Below, piece by piece: positions 1 to 8,776 of a stretch of DNA of 38,651 bases (within the stretch, counting starts at the first letter, position 1; each line of letters starts with the position of its first letter). The notes beneath the pieces are model-generated. The model searched no databases. It was not told the origin of the DNA and saw only the letters and a program-made list of their open reading frames with translations. Both the position numbers and the translations under genes were made by a program. Origin of the DNA: a virus (Duplodnaviria; Caudoviricetes). The stretch is from positions 1 through 38,651 of the IMG/VR virus record IMGVR_UViG_3300017700_000457; one strand, 5' to 3'.

Positions 1-123
1 GCGTGGCAGATAGCCAAGGGCGCGACAAACCCACCATCTGGTGGAATTGCTCCATCTACGGCAAGCGCGGCGAATCCCTCGCCCAATATCTGACCAAAGG
101 CCAGGCCGTAACAGTTGGCGGCA
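1..123. repeat. Terminal direct repeat (copy 1), circular-assembly overlap
   Basis: 1-123 is identical to 38529-38651, and the ssb reading frame runs through the junction. Confidence 0.97.
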
Positions 124-341
124 CGATCACTGAGCGTGAGTGGACTGACAAGGATGGCAACAAGCGCAAGGCGATGGATATCCGCGTGGCCGATGTGGCC
201 CTGCAAGGTGGCAAGCGCGAGAGCAGCGGCAACGAAGGCTATCAGGGAGGCACCGGCCAGCGCGACACGCCAAAGCCTGCTGCCAAGCCGCAGCGCGCAC
301 CAGATGCCGATCCGTTCATTGACGACGATATTCCGTTCTAA
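3..341 (+). CDS. ssb: Single-stranded DNA-binding protein, 3' part (starts at 38444 across the junction)
   Basis: OB-fold motifs (W.NC..YGKRGE.LAQYLTKG..VTV.G, REWTDKDG.KR), Gly-rich linker and acidic tail DDDIPF. Confidence 0.95.
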   Translation: MADSQGRDKPTIWWNCSIYGKRGESLAQYLTKGQAVTVGGTITEREWTDKDGNKRKAMDIRVADVALQGGKRESSGNEGYQGGTGQRDTPKPAAKPQRAPDADPFIDDDIPF

Positions 342-353
342 TCCACCATAAGG

Positions 354-371
354 GGCGGGGTAACTCCCGCC
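354..371. other. GC hairpin after ssb (GGCGGG-gtaact-CCCGCC), no U-tract
   Basis: 6-bp inverted repeat in a short intergenic gap. Confidence 0.4.
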
Positions 372-378
372 AACGAAC

Positions 379-681
379 ATGATCGACCTGACCAAGATTG
401 ACGATGAAACGCTGATGGCGCGAGGTGCGTACTCAACGGTGAATGCGCGCCTTAGCGATGAGAAAAAGCGCCTTGCCACTCTGTGCGGCGAATTGCATAC
501 GGTAGCCACCAAAATTCTGGCTCACATGCAGCCAGGGGGAGCGCATGTGCCAATCGGCGCTGAAATGTACACGCTGGCAGCTCGCTCCGCTATGGATGAT
601 ATTGAGGCATGCACGCAATCTATCGTGGCGCTGTCGCAGCAAAAGTTCGACCTGTACGCGCAGGCATGGGGGTCTGAATGA
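379..681 (+). CDS. Hypothetical helical protein
   Basis: ATG ORF, ATGA-coupled to the next gene. Confidence 0.75.
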   Translation: MIDLTKIDDETLMARGAYSTVNARLSDEKKRLATLCGELHTVATKILAHMQPGGAHVPIGAEMYTLAARSAMDDIEACTQSIVALSQQKFDLYAQAWGSE

Positions 682-1130
682 CGATCTTTCGCGGAGAACT
701 GCAATTACTGCGTTGGTCCGAGACTTCGACGGGCGGCGCAACGGTGACGTTTCAACTTGCTGACGTAGGCGACTTGAACGGCTTCAAAGACCTGACGCTA
801 GCGAAGAAGGGTATGGCCGGCCAGCGCATCGCAGCAATCATGGTGCAGGTTGATGACGATGCGGAGCAATCGCCAGCGCCCGCCGCACCGAAGACGAAGC
901 CAGGCGAGCTTTGCATCATGGCTTGCACGTTCTGCGCTGATCGACAGTTTCAGGATTGGCTCCACGCGCAGCAGCTTGGAATATGCCAAACCGAGCAGCA
1001 CGCAAAAGACTTGATTTGCGGTTTATGCAGCATCCAGAGCCGCAAGGAATTGGACACGAACAAGATCGCCGCAACGCGTTTTCACACGCTTATCCGAGAA
1101 CCATTCTTAGCTTGGAGGGTTGCACAATGA
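678..1130 (+). CDS. Hypothetical phage protein (C-terminal C..SR.ELD.N..A...F domain)
   Basis: ATGA overlaps at both ends; two domains joined by a Pro/Ala linker. Confidence 0.8.
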   Translation: MTIFRGELQLLRWSETSTGGATVTFQLADVGDLNGFKDLTLAKKGMAGQRIAAIMVQVDDDAEQSPAPAAPKTKPGELCIMACTFCADRQFQDWLHAQQLGICQTEQHAKDLICGLCSIQSRKELDTNKIAATRFHTLIREPFLAWRVAQ

Positions 1131-1525
1131 CTGCTACGCCGAATCGCTGCGTCATCAAGCGCGGCCCGAAGAAATGCGACCGTGCCACAGAGCGCGCCAA
1201 CGCCGACAAGCTGCGCGCCCGCATGATTGAGTTGCTGACCGTGAAGTCAATGACCGTCAAGGAAATGGGCGAGGCGCTCGACTGCAAGCCGTCCACGCTG
1301 CGCGACTACCTGCACCGCATGACGAACGAAGGTCTTGTGCAATCGGTGCTGGTGAAAGGCTATTGCGGCGCTCCGACCGCTGCGCTTTACAGCTTAGGCA
1401 ACGGTAAATCCGATACAGCGTGCGACCGCTCATCGCAGAAGACGCTGAAGGTGTACCCGCTGAACCATGTTCGGGATGCGCTAGTTGAAGCGCTATTTGG
1501 GGTGGCGCGCGCTAATCTGGCTTAG
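1127..1525 (+). CDS. Winged-helix DNA-binding protein
   Basis: Start reassigned to ATG 1127 (ATGA overlap); MTVKEMGEALDCKPSTLRDYLHRM..EGLV is a wHTH pattern. Confidence 0.75.
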   Translation: MTATPNRCVIKRGPKKCDRATERANADKLRARMIELLTVKSMTVKEMGEALDCKPSTLRDYLHRMTNEGLVQSVLVKGYCGAPTAALYSLGNGKSDTACDRSSQKTLKVYPLNHVRDALVEALFGVARANLA

Positions 1526-1685
1526 GCTTGGGCGGCTTGGCTTTGGCGATGGCCTCGCGCGCCCATCTCTGCCCGTGAGCCTTGACCTTCTCCTTTAGCG
1601 CAGGCGTTAGCCTGAGGGAGATATTCACCATGAGTTCGTCGGCAGATTTGGCGGGCCGTCCGCGTGAGCGTTTTTCAGTATCCAT
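1512..1685 (-). CDS. Small ribbon-helix-helix-like regulator with RGRP arm, probably leaderless
   Basis: RGRP then VNISLRLTPALKEKV (strand-helix). ATG 1685 lies 6 nt after TGTATAAT and has no SD. Confidence 0.7.
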   Translation of the reverse strand: MDTEKRSRGRPAKSADELMVNISLRLTPALKEKVKAHGQRWAREAIAKAKPPKPKPD

Positions 1686-1760
1686 GCGCCGATTATACAC
1701 GCGTAAAGAAGTAACGCGAATAAAGCTTGTTGACGCCCAATAAAAGCGTTACTATTACCC
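1686..1760. promoter_or_regulatory. Divergent promoter/operator region
   Basis: Minus-strand extended -10 TG-TATAAT (1699-1692); plus-strand -35 TTGACG (1730-1735); four TAACGC/GCGTTA-like half-sites (about 1701, 1712, 1731, 1746). Confidence 0.65.
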
Positions 1761-1792
1761 ATCGAATAAAACCACCCCGGAGAGATGATCAA

Positions 1793-2428
1793 ATGAACTT
1801 ACCGAACCTCAACGCCGCTTTGACTGTCTACGCTGCCAGCCCGACCGCTGAGAACCGTGAGGCTATCCGCGTCGCTTGCAGTATTGATGTTCCTGCGGCG
1901 CTTGGTGCCCCTGTAGCGCAAGCCCAGCAGAGCGTGCCGACTGACTGGCTGATCGTTGATTCGCTGCTGTACCGCCTGAACGAGTACGACGTCAACTGCG
2001 ACGAAATCAATGTGACGATGGCCGGTGGATCGCGCAAAGAGGCACCAAGGGCCGAGCGCGCCAAGCAGTTGCTGGCGATGCTCGCTGCCCGTGCTGCTGC
2101 GCCAGTGAGCGGACAGGGCGCGAGCATCGACACGCCGGAGTTCCGCGACTTGCTCTACGCCTGCTACGCGGAAACGCACGGTCACAAGGCGCAGGACGCG
2201 CTGGTGCAGTTCATCGACAGCCGCCCCCGTAGCGAGGACAGCCGCGCCAAGGTGCTGGAAGCGGCAGAGCTTTGCGAAGCGGAGGCTGCAAAGACACGGG
2301 TCAAGGCCGCCGAAAACAATAGCCGAGCGTCTGACATGGCGTTCGGTCGCATGTCGGCCGCCGAAGACCTCGCCGCCGCTATCCGCGCCCTCGCATCCAC
2401 CACCCCACCGAAAGCCGACAATGAATAA
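1793..2428 (+). CDS. Mosaic early (Ea-like) hypothetical protein
   Basis: Start reassigned to ATG 1793 after GGAG; Ala/Pro linkers separate modules. Confidence 0.75.
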   Translation: MNLPNLNAALTVYAASPTAENREAIRVACSIDVPAALGAPVAQAQQSVPTDWLIVDSLLYRLNEYDVNCDEINVTMAGGSRKEAPRAERAKQLLAMLAARAAAPVSGQGASIDTPEFRDLLYACYAETHGHKAQDALVQFIDSRPRSEDSRAKVLEAAELCEAEAAKTRVKAAENNSRASDMAFGRMSAAEDLAAAIRALASTTPPKADNE

Positions 2429-3503
2429 CGACATGCTGCGCAAGGCGCTGACCAAGCTTCTGGACGCTCAGCGCTGGAACCAAGACGGCCCACTCTACAA
2501 GCTTGCAGTGCAAGAGGCCGAAGAAGTGCGCGCAAACCTTGCAACAGCAGACCAGTTCCCCGATGCGACGCCTGTCGAGGTAAAAGATGCCACCTTTGCG
2601 GCAGTGCACTACAAGCTTCCATCAAGCGACATACCGGCGCTCATCGCGTTTGAACGGCACCGCGCCGAGCAGGCCAAGATTATCGGCATGCCGGGATTGG
2701 CTGTGATCCCGAGCTTCATCGCGGGCTTCCATGCTGGCGGCGCTGCACCTAGTAGCGAGGACAGCGCAGCGCCTGCGCCCATCCAGAGCGCCGAATTGTC
2801 ATTGGCCGATTTCACGAAAATGGAAAAGCACGGCGTAGTGTCACTGATCCGCGAGAAGAACACCACGATCAAGGCGCACCAGTCCGTGCTCGCTGACCGT
2901 GACACCGAGATTGCACAGATGCGCGCCGCCCTCGCAGCCCCTGCGCAGGCTAGCAGCGAGCCAAGCGCGCCTTTGCTGTGGTTCGACGCTACTCCCGGAT
3001 CGGGCGACTGGATCGAAACGGAGATGTACGATGGCGTCAAGCTGATCAATCTCGCTGCAACCACGCACAAGTGGGGCCGTAGCACGACGCCGCTTTATGT
3101 CGGGGCCGCGCAGCAAGAGCAGGCCAAGCCGACCGACTTGCACGCGGCCCTGGCGCTCATGTTCGACCGCTACGAAGCTGGCGTTGTCGTGTACGAGGTG
3201 TCGGGCGGCGAAATGGGCGGGCCTGCGCTTGGACAGTGCGTCAACCTGAGTGCCGACGAGGAAGCGCACATTATCGCGCTGCTCGCCGCTGCACCGGCAC
3301 AAGAGGCCAAGCCGACCGAGGCGCGGGAATTGACGGATGCGGATATCGATTGGAGCCGCGATCTGCAAACACGCCTGATGAATGCCAGCCAGAACATCGC
3401 CGAAAATGAAGATGCCCGGCAGATCATGGCTGAAGCTGCCTGCTTGCTCGCATCGCTGAGTCACACCGAGACCGCTCGCCACATCACCCCATCGAAAGCA
3501 TAA
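2421..3503 (+). CDS. Mosaic early (Ea-like) hypothetical protein
   Basis: 360-aa ORF overlapping the previous stop; repeated AKPT linker; PLYVG and RELTD motifs typical of such genes. Confidence 0.8.
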   Translation: MNNDMLRKALTKLLDAQRWNQDGPLYKLAVQEAEEVRANLATADQFPDATPVEVKDATFAAVHYKLPSSDIPALIAFERHRAEQAKIIGMPGLAVIPSFIAGFHAGGAAPSSEDSAAPAPIQSAELSLADFTKMEKHGVVSLIREKNTTIKAHQSVLADRDTEIAQMRAALAAPAQASSEPSAPLLWFDATPGSGDWIETEMYDGVKLINLAATTHKWGRSTTPLYVGAAQQEQAKPTDLHAALALMFDRYEAGVVVYEVSGGEMGGPALGQCVNLSADEEAHIIALLAAAPAQEAKPTEARELTDADIDWSRDLQTRLMNASQNIAENEDARQIMAEAACLLASLSHTETARHITPSKA

Positions 3504-3505
3504 TC

Positions 3506-5137
3506 ATGACCACCACAAATCAAGCTGCGGCCATCCTGCGCGATAGAATCCTGTCAATGACGGGCTTCTGTACCTACTACACTGACACTGCCCGTGCAGG
3601 GGCTTATGTCGAAGGATGGCGCGCTGGCGTAAAGCAGGCTGCTGATGTGGTTGAGGCCGACGCCACCGAGCGCGCAGCTATTCAACCTGCTGGCGATGCC
3701 ATCTACCAGCTAGCCGTCCCAAGTCCTCGTTCTGGCGGGAAGGTGTGGCATGACGTGGCTAAGTCTGAGCACGATGCGTCTCCCCAATGTGTGCGGCGTA
3801 TCGTCTACACGCACCCGGCAGCACCTGTACAAGCTGCGCCCGATGACACACACCAGTTGCTGAAAGACTGTCAGCAGGAATGCTGGAAGCGCGGCGCTCG
3901 CATAGCGGAGTTGGAGGCTGTACAAGCTGCGCCCGAGCTGACCGTATGGTATGGCTCGATGCCAGAGTCGAACGGTAAGTCGAACTTTACGGCCACCCTG
4001 AAGCGCAAGGATCATGCCTCGTTTGGCGGCGTGCTCACTAGTTTGACCAATGGCTACTGCTTCTCGCGTTCCGAGTACCCCGAGCGCGTCCGCTACGAGG
4101 CGGATTGCATGCGCTTCCTGATCGGAGAGATCGAAAAGAAGCCACACATCCTCGACTACGACGCCGACAAGCACAGTGGCTATGTCGCCCCGGCTGTACA
4201 AGCTGCGCCAGTGGGTTCCGGTAAGGTGCAGCCATTTGCGACGTGGCTGGCTGGCGCGGGCCATGTCGCTAACGTGGGGCATAAATTTCTGAAATGGAAC
4301 CGCGCGCTTGAAAAGCCAGTGGTCGAGATATCGAAAGAACTGTATGTGGCACGCAAGGTGCTGGAACTGGCTGCGCCCGAGGTCAAGGCGAGCGAGTTGC
4401 CGAGCATCGGGGATGATGCGGAGTTCGGGAAGTTGCTGTATCGGTACGCCGCTGCAATTTATCACGGCGAAACGCCAGCGCGAGCTGATGCTGCTAAGTC
4501 GGCAATCTTCACCTACATTGCCGCTCGCTCGCCAGTTGCAGCGCCCCAGCCCGATGATCCGCAACTAGACGCGTGCAATCAACTGTTGAGCGCGGCGCAT
4601 GAGTTCTGGAATGCGTGCAAGCAAGCCAAGCAATACGGTGCGGTGCAATGGCTGGAAGGCGATGACGGCTCGTTGCTGATCTTCACCCGGAGCGAGTACC
4701 GCGAAACGCTGATGAAGAATATCCACGACACCGACACTGTGACGCGCTTCATTGCGCCCCAGCCCGATGTGAGCGCGAGGGATGCGGCGCTGGAAGAAGC
4801 GCACAAGATGTGCCTGTACATCGCTGAAGGAACAAGCGGCGACTACCGTCAGGCGTGCTACACGCTTGCGAGCAGCATGCAGGCGCTGAAACACGAAATG
4901 TTCAGCAAATCCCGCGCTGCACCGGAGAGCGCCGAGCCGAGCGCGATTGATGCCGCGAACTACATCGACACGAAGGCGAATGTCTACCTCAACAACCACG
5001 CCGACCAGGACCCCGACACCGGCTGCACCGTGTTCCACTATGGCGAGGCGGGCCGCGACTATCACAGCAGCCTTGTCGAACTGGCCGAGGAAATCCGCAT
5101 TCTTGCCACCAGTAGCGCAGCGAAGGGGGCGCAATGA
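3506..5137 (+). CDS. Eaa-like multi-module protein
   Basis: Module LTVWYGSMPESNGK.NFTA.L.RK...RSEYPERVRYEAD.MRFLIGE...P.ILDYDAD recalled from lambdoid Eaa-type proteins; VQAAP x3 and APQPD x2 linkers. Confidence 0.8.
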   Translation: MTTTNQAAAILRDRILSMTGFCTYYTDTARAGAYVEGWRAGVKQAADVVEADATERAAIQPAGDAIYQLAVPSPRSGGKVWHDVAKSEHDASPQCVRRIVYTHPAAPVQAAPDDTHQLLKDCQQECWKRGARIAELEAVQAAPELTVWYGSMPESNGKSNFTATLKRKDHASFGGVLTSLTNGYCFSRSEYPERVRYEADCMRFLIGEIEKKPHILDYDADKHSGYVAPAVQAAPVGSGKVQPFATWLAGAGHVANVGHKFLKWNRALEKPVVEISKELYVARKVLELAAPEVKASELPSIGDDAEFGKLLYRYAAAIYHGETPARADAAKSAIFTYIAARSPVAAPQPDDPQLDACNQLLSAAHEFWNACKQAKQYGAVQWLEGDDGSLLIFTRSEYRETLMKNIHDTDTVTRFIAPQPDVSARDAALEEAHKMCLYIAEGTSGDYRQACYTLASSMQALKHEMFSKSRAAPESAEPSAIDAANYIDTKANVYLNNHADQDPDTGCTVFHYGEAGRDYHSSLVELAEEIRILATSSAAKGAQ

Positions 5138-5349
5138 GCCGCTCAATGTATAGCGATGGCGCCGAGTCCTTGGCACTGATGGCAGCATTGTCGATAGCCA
5201 GCCTCGGCGCCAGCAGGACGCGGCGCGCGGAGCCAATCCGAACCCGCGAGCAGGTAGCCATCGCCGATAAGCGTACCGAGCGCCAGCGCTGGAACGATGA
5301 AGTGGAAGCAACCAAACAGGCCAAGCTGGCCGCGAAAGGCAAGGAATGA
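5134..5349 (+). CDS. Hypothetical protein
   Basis: ATGA overlaps on both sides; purine-rich SD. Confidence 0.7.
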   Translation: MSRSMYSDGAESLALMAALSIASLGASRTRRAEPIRTREQVAIADKRTERQRWNDEVEATKQAKLAAKGKE

Positions 5350-6566
5350 AATCCCACGCACCAACAAGCGCTGAGCGGGAAGCGCAGCAAGAACGCGCCT
5401 GCGAAATCATCAAGCAACTGGACGCGCTGTACAACTCCAAGCGCCCCGGTGGCGGCGTACACGGCCAAGTCATCGGAATGGAGCCGTGGACTATCCGCAC
5501 GACCGGCGACGGCCTGCAATGCCTGTCAGACGCGCAATTCCTGCTTGATGAATTGCTCGACCCGCTCAACCGGCGTGCAGCAATGCAAACCGCCGAGCCT
5601 TCATCGTCCGTGCAGAAGCGCCTGATCGCATACGCAACGCTGGTCGAGGCGAAGGATGGGCAGATCGCGCACTTGAAGGCCATGCTTGCCAAGCAAGCTG
5701 CCCCGGATCGCGCACCGAGCATTGCCCCGTTATCTCCGGAGCTTAGCGCGGTAGGTCCGGAGGTAGCACCGCAAGCCCCGGAGGTAGCACCGAGCATTGC
5801 CCCTGTTCTCGACCGCCAAGTAGCCGACTGGCGCAAAGAGGTCGCGCGCTTGCAGGACTTGATCGACACAGCGACGGGTGCACCGAGCATTGCCCCTGTC
5901 AAACAAGGCGGCGCGCACCGTGCAATGATGGCCGCTGGCTTCGTTTCCGAGTACACCAAGAGCACAGGCGTACACACGTACACGGGCCACATCGAAGACG
6001 CCGAGCGGCTATTGGCCAGTGCACCGAGCATTGACAGCGCGGCCATAGAGGCCAACCCAGTAGCCTACGTGAACCGCTTTGAACTGGACCACACGAAGGC
6101 AACCGGCGCGGCGCTACCAGCATCGGGAACCATGTTTGGCAACCGCACCGTGCCACTTTACGAGCAGGGCATTGACAGCGTGGCAGATGCGAAGGATGCG
6201 TTGATTGATCCAGTAGTTGAGGCTGTTCGCACCGCACTGCTCAAGCGCTCGCAATTGGGTATCAAGAAGTACGGCGACACCTTGCACAACATGGACTATT
6301 CCGAGCGCGAGATTTTGCAGCACGCCATCGAAGAATCTATGGACCTGTCCAATTACTTGATGGCGCGGATCATGAAAATTGATGAGCAGACGCCCGCTCA
6401 ATGTAGGTGCGGGAAGTGCGATTGGCGAGACTTTTACACCGGATCACAAATCACTCACTCGATCTGCGCGCAATGTAACGACATGATCCCATCCGACCAC
6501 TGGAAAGCGCCGCGCGCCACTCGCCCAGAACCGGCTATCGCTGCATTGCAGCCAGAGGGGGAGTGA
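5346..6566 (+). CDS. Multi-module protein with MazG-like all-alpha NTP-pyrophosphatase-like domain and C-terminal Zn ribbon
   Basis: APSI repeats; module RSQLGIKKYG.TL...EILQHAIEESMDL.NYL (EExxD); CGKC...CAQC. Confidence 0.7.
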   Translation: MKSHAPTSAEREAQQERACEIIKQLDALYNSKRPGGGVHGQVIGMEPWTIRTTGDGLQCLSDAQFLLDELLDPLNRRAAMQTAEPSSSVQKRLIAYATLVEAKDGQIAHLKAMLAKQAAPDRAPSIAPLSPELSAVGPEVAPQAPEVAPSIAPVLDRQVADWRKEVARLQDLIDTATGAPSIAPVKQGGAHRAMMAAGFVSEYTKSTGVHTYTGHIEDAERLLASAPSIDSAAIEANPVAYVNRFELDHTKATGAALPASGTMFGNRTVPLYEQGIDSVADAKDALIDPVVEAVRTALLKRSQLGIKKYGDTLHNMDYSEREILQHAIEESMDLSNYLMARIMKIDEQTPAQCRCGKCDWRDFYTGSQITHSICAQCNDMIPSDHWKAPRATRPEPAIAALQPEGE

Positions 6567-6844
6567 TGCGCGAAGTGACCGAACTGGATTTCAGGCAGCC
6601 TGAGTTTTGGGGCGCCAAGGTAGAGGATTACGAGTTCCGCGACGATGGCAAAATCGTGCGCAAAGACCGCTGGGAGACTGCGATTTTCAGCATCGCGCAT
6701 TCCATGGGCTTTAGCTCGCGCTCGGGCTTCGAGATTGTCGATGTGGTGGAAAAGACTTGCGCGATGGCGCGCATGGTGGACGAGCACATCGGCTCGGCGC
6801 TGTGGCTGGAACTGACAGGGAAGGAGTCGAGCGATGGCACATGA
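6563..6844 (+). CDS. Hypothetical phage protein
   Basis: GTGA/TGATG coupling; GGGGAG SD. Confidence 0.75.
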   Translation: MMREVTELDFRQPEFWGAKVEDYEFRDDGKIVRKDRWETAIFSIAHSMGFSSRSGFEIVDVVEKTCAMARMVDEHIGSALWLELTGKESSDGT

Positions 6845-7037
6845 GGCAGGCAAGGGCGACAAGCGCGTACCGATGGCAATCACGCGCGACCAGTTCGTCA
6901 GCAACTGGGACAAGGCTTTTGCCAACGTCCCGCTTATTTGCCCGGCATGCAATACCGAGCCGTGCGACTGCGAGCGGACGGAGGACGGGCCGGGGCAGGA
7001 TGAGGCGGCGGAAGGTGCTACTTCGTCAGGTTGTTAA
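6834..7037 (+). CDS. Hypothetical protein (GKGD.R.P...F..NWD..F, CxxC), last gene of the early unit
   Basis: AAGGAG SD; converges on and overlaps the last late gene. Confidence 0.65.
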   Translation: MAHEAGKGDKRVPMAITRDQFVSNWDKAFANVPLICPACNTEPCDCERTEDGPGQDEAAEGATSSGC

Positions 7038-7539
7038 TCGTGTCGTCCTTTGTCTTGTTCGCCCGGGTGGTGCCAAATTCAAAACTAAATATTTGCTCCA
7101 CCCATCCCAGCGCGCGACCACAGATAAGCGTGATTGTCGCTTTTGCGAAGTCGTCCATCTGGCTTGCCCATACGACGATTAGAAGACAGAACATCACCAG
7201 CATCCCCGCGCCTGCCGCAAGGGCATTTGCACGGTAATTAACCTGACCAGTTTTTGCCAACTCTACATCGCGTTTGCGTGCGTCTTGAACATCGAGCAGG
7301 TACATGTTTTCCAGCGCCTGCTGCCGGTCTTCCATGGCAAGTTGGAAATCGAGCGCCTTGGCTGGGTCAATCTGGATCGCAGCAACGGCTTTTTCTTCTG
7401 TCGGCGCACCGGTCACGACCTTTGCAATGTCGAGCACGTGGCCGGCGACTTCGCCCGCCTTATCGTTACCAGTGATGAGCTTGATGATGCCGGGGGCGAA
7501 TTGAGCCAGTTGCAGTGCCAATGGGATAAGGGGAATCAT
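7018..7539 (-). CDS. Membrane protein of the 3-TM (GTA-type) holin-like family
   Basis: N-terminal amphipathic helix, DVQDARKRD motif, two C-terminal TMs, F.FG(T/S)(T/S) ending; follows the endolysin. Confidence 0.7.
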   Translation of the reverse strand: MIPLIPLALQLAQFAPGIIKLITGNDKAGEVAGHVLDIAKVVTGAPTEEKAVAAIQIDPAKALDFQLAMEDRQQALENMYLLDVQDARKRDVELAKTGQVNYRANALAAGAGMLVMFCLLIVVWASQMDDFAKATITLICGRALGWVEQIFSFEFGTTRANKTKDDTINNLTK

Positions 7540-7541
7540 GA

Positions 7542-7670
7542 TCAACCTTTCGTGGTTTGATTGAGAATGTCGCGCAGGGTGCTCATGTTCACCTCAAACA
7601 CCCAGCAAACAGCGCGGACGCCGATGCAGAAGCCGATGATCATGGCAATGATGTGCGTGACGATGTTCAT
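7542..7670 (-). CDS. Small membrane peptide (42 aa, MNIVTHIIAMIIGFCIG...)
   Basis: Read by hand; ATGA-coupled to the endolysin stop; one hydrophobic stretch. Confidence 0.55.
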   Translation of the reverse strand: MNIVTHIIAMIIGFCIGVRAVCWVFEVNMSTLRDILNQTTKG

Positions 7671-8086
7671 GGAAATTCACCCGTGCGCATGATCGCGGCC
7701 AGGCGCTGCGCTCGAGCACCGACTTGACGCGACCAAAGCGAGTCGAGCATGCCCTTGGCGGCGTCGTCATAGCGACCGCCAAGCATGGCAGCAAGAGTGT
7801 TCTTGAACTTGAGCAGGCCAGCTATCCCCATGTTGAACGCCATGTTGGCAAGCACGGTCTGACGCGCTTCGTTCATGGAGCGCCACCAAGGAAGCTCGAT
7901 ATCAAGCTGCCGCTCGACTAGCTCAATGTCGTTGGTCAGCATGAGGTCGATTTCGTCATCGGAGAAATCGCGGTCTGTCAGGTTGCGCCCGACGCCGGCC
8001 GTAATCTTGTTCATCGTATCAACATAGATGCGCTTCTTGCGCCCCTCGTCAATCGTGAGCTGCGCTTTCAGCTTGTCGATGTTCAT
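7667..8086 (-). CDS. Endolysin, T4-lysozyme-like (GH24)
   Basis: DEG.....Y.DT....T.G.G.NL catalytic E-D-T motif; NMAFNMG; MLDSLW.RQVG.RA.RL. Confidence 0.93.
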   Translation of the reverse strand: MNIDKLKAQLTIDEGRKKRIYVDTMNKITAGVGRNLTDRDFSDDEIDLMLTNDIELVERQLDIELPWWRSMNEARQTVLANMAFNMGIAGLLKFKNTLAAMLGGRYDDAAKGMLDSLWSRQVGARAQRLAAIMRTGEFP

Positions 8087-8415
8087 GGCGTTCTCCGCTC
8101 GATGATGTGCAGAATTGTTGACATCTTGTCGGCCAAGTGCTTTTCGATGCTGTCCATTCTGTCCTGGAACTGGCTCACGACAGCAGCAAATTTCTGCTCA
8201 TATTGCACTTCAAGCCGCGCTGTTTCGCGCTGGTGCCGCTCCGACTGGTCGCGCAGGTCAGAGCGCCATGCCTCTTTCGCTTCCTCCAGCGCTTTTAGCG
8301 TGGCCTTTTGCTCAAGGCCAATCTTGATTTGCGTGTGCGCGTCCTTAAGGAAATAGGCCAGCACCAGAACCAACATGCCGATAATCCAAGGGATTGGGTT
8401 TGACGGGTCAAGCAT
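8083..8415 (-). CDS. Single-TM plus coiled-coil protein, holin/antiholin candidate
   Basis: N-terminal TM; directly upstream of the endolysin with ATGA overlap. Confidence 0.65.
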   Translation of the reverse strand: MLDPSNPIPWIIGMLVLVLAYFLKDAHTQIKIGLEQKATLKALEEAKEAWRSDLRDQSERHQRETARLEVQYEQKFAAVVSQFQDRMDSIEKHLADKMSTILHIIERRTP

Positions 8416-8776
8416 GATGGAGCCTCTTTACGATTGGACCAGATAGAAAAATGCACACAATCAACTCTGCGTGCTCAAGGAATTTTACGCCAGCATGGTA
8501 CGGCGAAGCCGATGGGTAGCCATCCAGAAGCCACCCAAGCCCATGAAACACGAATAGCAGCGCCGACATACGGACGACTAGCGGTGACGCCTGCGCGCCG
8601 ATCCTGTTTGCCAGCAAGCCGACAAGCAATTCAACCAGCATGCAAACAAGGTAAAACAGCGCGTCAGGAACCGGGAAGAAAATACCCGCGCCGACGACTA
8701 GCGCCAGCGCGAGCATGCTTTTATCTGCTGCGTTCAGCGCCAAGGCCAAGCACAGCAGGACCGCGTAGGAAGTCAT
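8408..8776 (-). CDS. Hydrophobic about 4-TM membrane protein
   Basis: 122 aa, almost entirely hydrophobic segments, with intramembrane E/H residues. Confidence 0.8.
   Translation of the reverse strand: MTSYAVLLCLALALNAADKSMLALALVVGAGIFFPVPDALFYLVCMLVELLVGLLANRIGAQASPLVVRMSALLFVFHGLGWLLDGYPSASPYHAGVKFLEHAELIVCIFLSGPIVKRLHHA

Noticed and set aside
1-123. Terminal repeat as a biological DTR or att site
   Set aside because: It falls mid-ssb and is most simply an assembler overlap of a circular or permuted genome.
5712-6033. Spaced direct repeats as a CRISPR array
   Set aside because: Repeats are only 13-17 bp, spacing is irregular (75-141 bp), all are in frame in a CDS, and there are no cas genes.
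4565-6055. 496-aa minus-strand ORF and similar ORFs over 1800-6900
   Set aside because: Shadow frames of coupled plus-strand genes in GC-rich DNA.
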